The notes under the pieces: model-generated
Database searches by the model: none
What the model saw: only the letters and a program-made list of their open reading frames with translations
What the model was told of the DNA's origin: nothing
Translations under genes and position numbers: made by a program
Virus record (IMG/VR): IMGVR_UViG_3300033146_004404
Location: 137,185-201,184 of that record
DNA from: a virus
Taxonomy: Duplodnaviria > Heunggongvirae > Uroviricota > Caudoviricetes
Direction: 5' to 3' (one strand)
DNA: 64,000 bases
Shown here: positions 38,793 to 46,672 of the stretch, piece after piece
Numbering within the stretch: the stretch's first letter is position 1
Layout: every line of letters starts with the position of its first letter

Positions 38793-40304
38793 GTGACTGA
38801 TTTTGCATTATTGAACTATAAAAAAAGAGAAAAAAAGAAAAAAATCATTGATGGCTTTTTATTAAATGCAAAGCAGGACGATAAAACACTCTTTAAGTGC
38901 TTGGTGTGTGGAAAAGAAACAAGTAAGACAATCTCTGCTTTGATTAAAAGAGGTATTGATTATAAAAAAATAGACGTAGAAAATAACGATACGATTTTTA
39001 TGTGTCGAAAACATTCTCAAGAAGCTATAACTGAAAAGAAATATGGAGTTAAGAATAATTTTCAAAATCCAGCTTCAATAAAAAAGATCAAGAAAAAGAG
39101 AGAAAAAAAAAGAATAGAAAGTGGAGATCCTCTCTATTTTTTAAATCAAGGTGATCTTATCGTTTTTACTTGTGAAGTATGTGGAAAGAAAACATCCGTT
39201 CAGAAAAGAAAATACACTAGTAATTTATGCAGAGAATGCAAGATAAAAAAGGCTAATAGAGAGAAAATTCTTCCTGTGATATTAAAAAGGCTTAAAGGCA
39301 ACAATATTGAATTGTTAAAACCTTATTCTAACCAGAGAGAGTTAGAAGAAAACGTTCTTTATGATTTTAAGTGCTTAATTTGCAATAATACCTTTAAGGA
39401 TCATCTTCACTCTCATATTCCAAGATGTCCTACTTGCTATCCAAAATATTCTTCAATTGGTGAAAAAGAAATAAAAGTTTTTATAGAGTCTTTAGGTTTT
39501 GATGTCATAGAAAACGACAGAAAGATTCTTAGTGGCCTAGAGTTAGATATTTATATTCCGGATAAAAAAATAGCAATAGAGTTTAATGGTCTTTATTGGC
39601 ATAGTGAGCAGAAAGGAAAAGATAAAAACTACCATTTAAACAAAACATTAAAATGTGCAGAAAAAGAAATTCAGTTAATTCACTTCTTTGAAGATGAATG
39701 GTATAATAAAAAAGAAATAGTGAAATCCATTATTGCAACAAGATTGGGGATAGTAGGTAAAAGAATTTATGCTAGAAAGTGTATTATAAAAAATGTGACA
39801 AATAAAGAGGAAAGAAGATTCTTAGAAGAAAATCATATTCAGGGATATTATCCTTCTTCTATTAAGCTAGGCTTATACTATGAAGAAGAATTAGTTTTAA
39901 TTTTAACTTTTGGAAAATCACGATTTAGTAATCACGATTTTGAGTTAATAAGATTTGCTAATAAATTAAATTCTTCTGTGGTTGGTGGATTTTCTAAGCT
40001 TTTAAAATCTTTTAGAAAAGATAATAAAGGAAGCTTAATAACCTTTTCAGAGAGAAGGCTGTTTTCAGGAAATGTTTATGAGAAGAGCGGTTTCTCGTTT
40101 TTAAAAACGACCTTACCAAATTATTACTATGTAGACGAAAACTATAATAAGAGATTTAATAGAATGAAATTTCAAAAGCATAAATTAAAGAATTTGTTAA
40201 AAGAGTACAATGAAGAATTAACAGAGAAGGAAAATATGATAGTTAATAACTATGATAGAATTTGGGACTGTGGAAATAATTCTTTTGAAATAAAAAAACT
40301 TTAA
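38793..40304 (+). CDS. Hef-like free-standing homing endonuclease (zinc fingers plus PD-(D/E)xK/Vsr-like domain)
   Basis: Several CxxC pairs; ELDIYIPDKKIAIEFNGLYWHS; C-terminal RIWDCG. Confidence 0.75.
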   Translation: MTDFALLNYKKREKKKKIIDGFLLNAKQDDKTLFKCLVCGKETSKTISALIKRGIDYKKIDVENNDTIFMCRKHSQEAITEKKYGVKNNFQNPASIKKIKKKREKKRIESGDPLYFLNQGDLIVFTCEVCGKKTSVQKRKYTSNLCRECKIKKANREKILPVILKRLKGNNIELLKPYSNQRELEENVLYDFKCLICNNTFKDHLHSHIPRCPTCYPKYSSIGEKEIKVFIESLGFDVIENDRKILSGLELDIYIPDKKIAIEFNGLYWHSEQKGKDKNYHLNKTLKCAEKEIQLIHFFEDEWYNKKEIVKSIIATRLGIVGKRIYARKCIIKNVTNKEERRFLEENHIQGYYPSSIKLGLYYEEELVLILTFGKSRFSNHDFELIRFANKLNSSVVGGFSKLLKSFRKDNKGSLITFSERRLFSGNVYEKSGFSFLKTTLPNYYYVDENYNKRFNRMKFQKHKLKNLLKEYNEELTEKENMIVNNYDRIWDCGNNSFEIKKL

Positions 40305-40315
40305 AGGAAGTAAGC

Positions 40316-40540
40316 ATGAGCAAGAAAAAGAAAACTGTCAAAGAAGAGATTGCCTCTAAAAATGAAGTAGAAGTAGAAGTGAAAGCTCCTGAAGTAGAAG
40401 TAGAAGTAGAAGTGAAAGCTCCTGAAGTAGAAGTAAAAGTGAAAGCTCCTGAAGTAGAAGTAAAAGTGAAAGCTCCTGAAGTAGAAGTGAAGCAGACGCC
40501 AAAGTCTAATTACGAAATTAGAACTGGAGTAAAGAAGTAA
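40316..40540 (+). CDS. Small protein with (EVEVKAP)-type tandem repeats
   Basis: RBS AAGGA; terminator follows. Confidence 0.6.
   Translation: MSKKKKTVKEEIASKNEVEVEVKAPEVEVEVEVKAPEVEVKVKAPEVEVKVKAPEVEVKQTPKSNYEIRTGVKK
40363..40491 (+). repeat. Coding tandem repeat GAAGTAGAAGTA(G/A)AAGTGAAAGCTCCT
   Basis: Four full units of 24-30 nt plus a partial unit. Confidence 0.85.
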
Positions 40541-40578
40541 AAAAAGAGTTGGTTTAAAAACCAACTCTTTTTTTACTT
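40535..40578. terminator. Long inverted repeat terminator abutting promoter copy 8
   Basis: AAGTA7GAGTTGGTTT-AA-AAACCAACTCT7ACTT. Confidence 0.8.
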
Positions 40579-40605
40579 GACAAAAAAAGAACAATATGGT
40601 ATAAT
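40577..40605 (+). promoter_or_regulatory. Conserved promoter (copy 8)
   Basis: TTGACA-AAAAAAGAACAATATGG-TATAAT. Confidence 0.88.
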
Positions 40606-40624
40606 GTAATATAAGGAGAAAAAA

Positions 40625-40843
40625 TTGGCTATAAAAAACAAAGAAGTAATGGGGCTAATTAACCAAAAAACAAAAGAGATGGAAAAGCATCTTAATAGTA
40701 TTGAAGAAGAATTAAAAAAAGATGAAGATCGATTTAGTAAAGCAGCTGTGTCATTAAGTGTTGGTAAAGTTATGAAACTTCATCAAGATATAGCTTTTTT
40801 TCTCGGCGTTCATGATGACAATCCAAAATACCTAGGCAACTAG
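40625..40843 (+). CDS. Hypothetical protein
   Basis: TTG start after AAGGAG; has its own promoter and terminator (40841-40872). Confidence 0.65.
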   Translation: MAIKNKEVMGLINQKTKEMEKHLNSIEEELKKDEDRFSKAAVSLSVGKVMKLHQDIAFFLGVHDDNPKYLGN

Positions 40844-40891
40844 AGTTTATCGTGCTAACTCTAAATTTTTTTATGACGTAAAGATAAAGTA

Positions 40892-41817
40892 ATGAATAAA
40901 TTAACCATTAATGAAGCAAAAAAGAGATTTAAAGAAAAGCACGGCGATAAATATAGATATTTTAATTTTTGTAGATATGAAGGAACAAGCCAAAAAATTA
41001 AAATAATATGTCCTATCCATGGAGAGTTCTTTCAGAGTGTAAAAATGCACCTTGCTGGTCAAGGCTGTAGATTATGTAGTTATGAAAAAAGAGCAAGTCA
41101 ATCAAAAAAAACAAGCCTTGTTTTTATAACTGAATCCAAAGAAGTTCATGGTGACGAATACGACTATTCAAAGGTCTTTTATTTAAGGAAAGACAAAAAG
41201 GTAAAAATAATATGTCCTATTCATGGAGTTTTTTTGCAAAGACCTGATGTTCATTTAAATGGAGCTGGATGTCCTACTTGCGGAAGAATAAAAAGTGACT
41301 TAAGTAGAAGAAAAACTACAGAAGATTTCATTAATCGTTCTGTAAAAGTACACGGTAATAAATACAACTACGCTAAAACAAAATATGTTACAGCAAAAGA
41401 AAAAGTGTTAATATGTTGTAAAAAGCACGGAGAATTTTTACAAAGACCAAATAACCACTTAAACGGAGCTGGATGTCCTGTTTGTTGTGAGAGCAGGGAG
41501 AGAAGGAAATAGAGGAAATTCTTACAGAAAGAAAAATTGCTTTTACAAGACAAAAACTTTTTAAGGGTTGTAATGGAGTAAAGAGAGCTCTGCCTTTCGA
41601 TTTCTTTTTAGAAGAGTTAAACGTTTGTATAGAATACGACAGAGTTCAGCATTATAAGCCAATAGCTTATTTTGGAGGTTCCGAAAAACTAAACAAGACC
41701 CAGTAAGCAGATAAAATAAAAAATCTTTTTTGTAAAAAAGAAAAAATAAAATTAATACGAATTCCTTATTATGAATATAAGAATATAGAGGAGTTTCTTA
41801 TGGAGAAAATAAACTAA
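40892..41817 (+). pseudogene. Disrupted homing endonuclease (three CPxHG zinc repeats plus Vsr-like nuclease)
   Basis: Frameshift near 41496; the other frame continues GEKEIEEIL...LPFDFFL..LNVCIEYDRVQHY...TQ*ADKIKNLFC...LIRIPY with in-frame TAA at 41704. Confidence 0.8.
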
Positions 41818-43134
41818 ATGTTAAAAAAACTACAGGAAATGGTAGATGATCTTTCATCTACTAACTCAAAGAATGAAAAACTTGAGAGACTTAAAAAATA
41901 CGATGATGAATTTACTCTTGCATTGATTAAGTACGCTCACGATCCGATGATACAATTTAATGTGACGTCGAAAACTATAAAAGCTTACACAGGCTCTCAT
42001 AAAAATAGAGTTATGGTAGAGGATGACATATTCTCTTTGCTAGATCAGTTAAAAGACAGAAAACTCACTGGTCACGCAGCACTTGCAGCAGTAAGAGAAT
42101 ACGTAGATTCTTTTAAACAGTATGAAGATCTTATCTATTCAATCATAGATAAAAATTTAAAAATAAGAATGAGTGACAGCTCAATAAACAAAGTATTCCC
42201 AGATCTCATCCCAGAGTTCAAAGTGCAACTCGCAGACAAATATAATAAAGACAGACTTCCTCCATTCAAAACAGAGAAGTGGTACTCATCAAGAAAACTG
42301 GACGGTGTTAGATGTATTGCAGTAGTGGATTTTACTTTTGGGAAAGAAGTAGTGGACTTTTACAGCAGGACTGGCAAAGAGTTCTTCACGCTTGGCGTCG
42401 TAGGTGTCGCAATAAAAAAAGAATTAAAAAAAATTTATACCAACGAAAAATTCATCTTAGACGGCGAAATGTGTATTGTTGACGAGAAAGGTGATGAAAG
42501 CTTTTCTGAAGTTATAAAGCTTGTCAGAAAGAAAGATTATTATATAGAAAATCCAAGATATAAAATCTTTGATATAATTCTTTTTGATGACTTTATAAAG
42601 AAATCAGGAAAAACTCTTTTTAGTAAACGCTATGATAAATATATGCAGATTAAATCACCTTCTGGCATTCTTGATCCTGTAAAACAGACAGTCATTGAAG
42701 ACGAAGAAGATTTTAACATTTGTAATGTCGAAGCTATTACGAATGAATGGGAAGGGTTAATAATAAGAAAAGATTGTGAATATGCCGGAAAACGTTCTAA
42801 GAACATGCTAAAAGTAAAACAATTTCATGAAGCAGAATATGTTGTTAAAAGTATTGGAACTGATATGGTTAGATATATTGATGAGACTACTGGAGTTGAA
42901 GCTGAAGAAGAAATGCTTAAGCGAATTAACATAATCCACAAAGGAAACAATGTCGGTGTTGGTTCTGGATTTTCTTTACAGCAGAGAAAAGATTTCTTTA
43001 AAGACCCTTCATTAATAATAGGAAAGACAATAACAGTTAAATTTTTTGAAGAGTCAATGGATGCCAAATCAGGAATGTATTCATTAAGGTTTCCAGTATT
43101 GAAAGCGATTCATGGAAAAGAGAGAGTAGTGTAA
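41818..43134 (+). CDS. lig: ATP-dependent DNA ligase
   Basis: SRKLDGVRC, LDGE, WEGLII, LKVK, SLRFP. Confidence 0.92.
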   Translation: MLKKLQEMVDDLSSTNSKNEKLERLKKYDDEFTLALIKYAHDPMIQFNVTSKTIKAYTGSHKNRVMVEDDIFSLLDQLKDRKLTGHAALAAVREYVDSFKQYEDLIYSIIDKNLKIRMSDSSINKVFPDLIPEFKVQLADKYNKDRLPPFKTEKWYSSRKLDGVRCIAVVDFTFGKEVVDFYSRTGKEFFTLGVVGVAIKKELKKIYTNEKFILDGEMCIVDEKGDESFSEVIKLVRKKDYYIENPRYKIFDIILFDDFIKKSGKTLFSKRYDKYMQIKSPSGILDPVKQTVIEDEEDFNICNVEAITNEWEGLIIRKDCEYAGKRSKNMLKVKQFHEAEYVVKSIGTDMVRYIDETTGVEAEEEMLKRINIIHKGNNVGVGSGFSLQQRKDFFKDPSLIIGKTITVKFFEESMDAKSGMYSLRFPVLKAIHGKERVV

Positions 43135-43166
43135 AGATAATTATATAAAAAAGTAAGGATTATATA

Positions 43167-44630
43167 ATGACTTTAATAGAAGAGATTAGAAGAAACTCTG
43201 GGGTTGAGTTAAATGAGACAATTCATGGACGATTAACAATAAGAGCTATAAAAAAGATTCAGAAAGAAGTTGATAAAATGTATTCTAAGGAAGCAGCTTC
43301 CTTAGACTCTAGTTCCAGTAAAGCTGATAAAAAAGATCTTGAATATTTTGGAATTTTTAGAAGAAGAGTTAGCGAAGTAGTGATAGAGCTTGAAACCCTT
43401 GATAAGAAGACTAATTCATCAAGAGGATTTGAGAGAAGAATGAATAAAGAGAAATTCAAATCTCTTGAAACTAAATATTCTGCTTTAATTTCTGCTTCAA
43501 GACATATGAAGAAATCAAGAAAGTTGAAAATATTAGGGGTTCTAGTTCTAACTTCAGGAATAAGTATGTATATAGCCACCAGAATTGGTGTTGATCTTCC
43601 TAATCCTGGTGGCTTTAATGCGTGGATAAATATGTTATTAGTTGGTGGTGGAATGGGGGCTCTTGGATCGTCGGATTTGAAAAACATGCAAAAAAACGAG
43701 GAAATGGATAAAGCCCTTGTAAGGCTAGTATCAGAAGAGCTTGAGAAAAAGTCTAAGGGAGACTATAAAAAAAAGAGCAGTAAATTAGATGAAAGCGTAA
43801 GTGATAAGGTTGAAAGTTCAAAGAAAAGGATCTTTAGAAAAATAAGAATAGCAGTTGAGCTATCACGAAAAAAACGTTCAAAGAAGTTTTTTGCTGGCTT
43901 GTATAAAATATTGAAAAAGAAAGGTCAGCAAGAAGAAAAAATAGATGAAGCTTTAATAACTAAGGCTGATATTAAAATGCTTTTCTGGGGACATAATTCC
44001 CCAGAAGAAACTAAATCAGTTAATAAAATGACTAAAGATATTTTACGTATTAGCTTTAAAGAGATAAAGAATATAGATAAGATAGAAAAATCTGTAGATA
44101 AACTTTTGAGTCTACTTATTAAGAATGAATATGATAAACAAGATGAGAAAGATTACAAAGAAATACAGAAGGTCTTTAGAAAAAATAAAATAAAAATTGA
44201 AAGTGTTATAGGTGGAGATTCTGATGCTCAAGGAGTTCATCAGTTAGAATCTAAAAAAACAGTTTTTTCTGTAGATATAACAAAGAATAGAGAAATAGTA
44301 AAATCTACTATTATTCATGAATTAACGCATAAGAAACAGTCAGAGCTCTTAAAGAAATACGCCCCAAGAACTTGGAAACGTCTTTGGATGAGAATAAATG
44401 ACAAAGATTATCACGATATTGCAATGGAAGTAGGTGCTTTTCATGAAGAGTATGTTTATTTAATAGAGAAGATGGAAAAAGCTGACAAGAAAACAAAAAG
44501 AGTATTATCAGCTTTTTTAATAGAAGAGATTTTCTACAGAGATAACTTAAAGGACAATATTTTGAGGGACTATCCAAAAAATGATCCTGTAGTAAAATTT
44601 ATAAAGAGAGTTAAAGTAATAAAAATATAA
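43167..44630 (+). CDS. Leader-bearing membrane protein fused to a zincin-like (HExxH) domain
   Basis: MTLIEEIRRNSGVELNE; two hydrophobic segments; IIHELTH...MEVGAF; late motif at 43131. Confidence 0.6.
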   Translation: MTLIEEIRRNSGVELNETIHGRLTIRAIKKIQKEVDKMYSKEAASLDSSSSKADKKDLEYFGIFRRRVSEVVIELETLDKKTNSSRGFERRMNKEKFKSLETKYSALISASRHMKKSRKLKILGVLVLTSGISMYIATRIGVDLPNPGGFNAWINMLLVGGGMGALGSSDLKNMQKNEEMDKALVRLVSEELEKKSKGDYKKKSSKLDESVSDKVESSKKRIFRKIRIAVELSRKKRSKKFFAGLYKILKKKGQQEEKIDEALITKADIKMLFWGHNSPEETKSVNKMTKDILRISFKEIKNIDKIEKSVDKLLSLLIKNEYDKQDEKDYKEIQKVFRKNKIKIESVIGGDSDAQGVHQLESKKTVFSVDITKNREIVKSTIIHELTHKKQSELLKKYAPRTWKRLWMRINDKDYHDIAMEVGAFHEEYVYLIEKMEKADKKTKRVLSAFLIEEIFYRDNLKDNILRDYPKNDPVVKFIKRVKVIKI

Positions 44631-44642
44631 GAAGGGAATATA

Positions 44643-45026
44643 ATGCTAGACATAGATAAAGAAGTGCTGAATGAGAAGTATAATAATGGAGACATGGAAT
44701 ACTTTTTTAGTAAAGCAGAAAAAATTGCTGACTTCTTACTAACTAGAAACTATAAAGTTTTTGATAGCGAAAAAAGAGCCGATATGGTTCAAGAGTGCCT
44801 TGAAAATCTTTGGAAGAAACAACTCCAAGGAAAGATAGATGGATCTAAAAACCTAATGGCTTTCATTTGGAAAAATTCAGATTTTAGGATAAAAGAGATA
44901 TTCAGAAAAGAGAATAACAGGAACAGAATTGCTCCTTTTATTTCATACGATAATGAAGAATTTGAGTTTCTTAAGGGAATCGGCAGCGAGAAGTATAATA
45001 AAGAATTCTTTGAAATGCTTGCTTGA
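44643..45026 (+). CDS. Minimal sigma factor (region 2 only), gp55-like
   Basis: AEKIADFL...ADMVQECLENLWK...DGSKNLMAFIW...IFRKE resembles gp55/sigma region 2. Confidence 0.6.
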   Translation: MLDIDKEVLNEKYNNGDMEYFFSKAEKIADFLLTRNYKVFDSEKRADMVQECLENLWKKQLQGKIDGSKNLMAFIWKNSDFRIKEIFRKENNRNRIAPFISYDNEEFEFLKGIGSEKYNKEFFEMLA

Positions 45027-45028
45027 TC

Positions 45029-45138
45029 TTATTCTCTCCTTGTAAAGATAAAGGAGAGAATAATTATTTTCTCCCTGTAAAGATAATATAAAGGAGAGAA
45101 TAATTATTTTCTCCCTGTAAAGATAATATAAAGGAGAA
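45029..45138 (+). repeat. Three tandem promoter-in-hairpin units (35-40 nt period)
   Basis: TTATT(C/T)TCTCC-(T/C)TGTAAAGATAA(TATA)-AAGGAGAGAATAA x3. Confidence 0.85.
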
Positions 45139-45141
45139 GCT

Positions 45142-45843
45142 ATGACCTTAAGAAAGAAGATAGAAATGACTTCTATCAATGAAGAAAATGAGTATTTAGT
45201 AGAAGGAATTCGATTCTTCAAAACTTCAAAAAAAATCACTTCATATATAAAAAAAATAGAAAAAAAGAATACCAACGGATCTCTTGATGGCCTAATAGAG
45301 CGACTTGAAAGAGTATCTAAAAACTTTGAAGTCGCCGAAAGAATGCACCAAACTGGTAGAAAAACTGAAGCAAAACAATTATATTTACAGTACAAAAAAG
45401 ATAATATTTTATTAATGACTGCTCTAAATAAAGAATCAACTAAGAAAATATTAGTAAGACTAGGAATAGGATTAATTGTATTACAAGTTCTTTTAAGTAT
45501 GACTACCGGAATTGGTTTATATGAAAGATTATTTATGAGAGGAGCATCGACAGCAGCAAGAATGGCTGGAAGATCAGGAGCTTTAGTTTCAACTGAAGTT
45601 CTTAGCGATAATCTTCCTGGCTCATCAGGGGCTCCTTCTTTAGAATCCCTTGACGCATCGCAACTCGTACTAAACAATGAAATAAAAAACTTAAAGAAAG
45701 ATGTAGGTTTTTCTAAAGATGCAATAAAAGACAAAGCTAAAGAACTTGCAGCTCTTGAGAAGTTTGAAAAAGCACTAAAAAAGTTTAATAAAGCAAATGG
45801 AAAAGGACTAAGCATCTTAGATAAGATATTAGGTAGAAAATAA
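45142..45843 (+). CDS. Leader-bearing membrane protein (paralogue)
   Basis: LVE|GIRFFKTSKK...; aligns by eye with the next gene; TM ILVRLGIGLIVLQVLL. Confidence 0.7.
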   Translation: MTLRKKIEMTSINEENEYLVEGIRFFKTSKKITSYIKKIEKKNTNGSLDGLIERLERVSKNFEVAERMHQTGRKTEAKQLYLQYKKDNILLMTALNKESTKKILVRLGIGLIVLQVLLSMTTGIGLYERLFMRGASTAARMAGRSGALVSTEVLSDNLPGSSGAPSLESLDASQLVLNNEIKNLKKDVGFSKDAIKDKAKELAALEKFEKALKKFNKANGKGLSILDKILGRK

Positions 45844-45890
45844 TTTAATCTGTAAAGTTAAGTATATAAATAATAACAATGGAGAAAACT

Positions 45891-46613
45891 ATGAATTTAA
45901 TGGAAGAAATTACAAGTAATGCTGGTGTAGAGTATCTTGAAAAATCTATTTCCCTTGAAGAAGATTTAAAAAATCCAGACAACTTCTATATAACAGAAGG
46001 TCTTGTGTTTTTTAAAACTTCTAAGAGATTAGAGAAATATATCAAAAAACTTGAGAAAAAGAATAAAGACGGAGCTATTGATATTTTGATAAACAAGCTA
46101 AAAGACACACGAGCTAATTTTGTCAAAGTTGAAGCTATGCACAAAAACGGCGAAAGAAAAAAAGCTAAAGAACTATACAAGAAGCTAAGAACTGATAACG
46201 TAGGAATAGTTCGAATGATGAGAAAAGATTCTATGAAAAAAGCTTTAATAACTGCTGGTGTTGCAGGATTAGCTCTTACAGCAGTAGGATTTGCTGTTTA
46301 TGGAATGGGCGGATTTGGTATAGCTGGAGCAAAAATTGCTTCAGGCGTAGGTGCATTAAAAGGCAAGGCTGCAGAAGGAGCAGGTGCATTAAAAGGCAAG
46401 GCTGCAGACGTATTTGGAAAAGGCGCTGAAGCCCCAGGTGTTAGAACTGGATTTGGCCAAGATGTAGGCAACAAAGCTTATCAGGGAAGAAAAATTTTAG
46501 GCGCTAATAAAATTAGAACATTAGAAGCTATTCCTGCGACTCCTTCTGATTCTCAGTACTTAAAAAATATGGAGAAAATGCAAGCAGTTATTTCTGGTCA
46601 TCGAAACGTTTAA
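45891..46613 (+). CDS. Leader-bearing membrane protein (paralogue)
   Basis: MNLMEEITSNAGVE leader after GGAG; ITE|GLVFFKTSKR; G/A-rich TM region. Confidence 0.7.
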   Translation: MNLMEEITSNAGVEYLEKSISLEEDLKNPDNFYITEGLVFFKTSKRLEKYIKKLEKKNKDGAIDILINKLKDTRANFVKVEAMHKNGERKKAKELYKKLRTDNVGIVRMMRKDSMKKALITAGVAGLALTAVGFAVYGMGGFGIAGAKIASGVGALKGKAAEGAGALKGKAADVFGKGAEAPGVRTGFGQDVGNKAYQGRKILGANKIRTLEAIPATPSDSQYLKNMEKMQAVISGHRNV

Positions 46614-46637
46614 GATATAGATCAACTAGATAATTAA

Positions 46638-46666
46638 TTGACAAAAAAAGAATAATATGTTATAAT
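46638..46666 (+). promoter_or_regulatory. Conserved promoter (copy 9)
   Basis: TTGACA-AAAAAAGAATAATATGT-TATAAT. Confidence 0.9.
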
Positions 46667-46672
46667 TCTTAT

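Noticed and set aside
40301-40594. FY-rich minus-strand ORF
   Set aside because: Antisense of the EVEVKAP repeat.
45029-45138. CRISPR-like repeat array
   Set aside because: Units are contiguous with no unique spacers, there are no cas genes, and the repeat is explained as a promoter/SD hairpin.
44943-45815. 290-aa antisense ORF and the many other S/L/F-rich antisense ORFs in the track (e.g. 13123, 16251, 43259, 49007)
   Set aside because: They lie opposite well-supported genes, lack an RBS or promoter, and have the composition expected from reverse-complemented K/E-rich codons.
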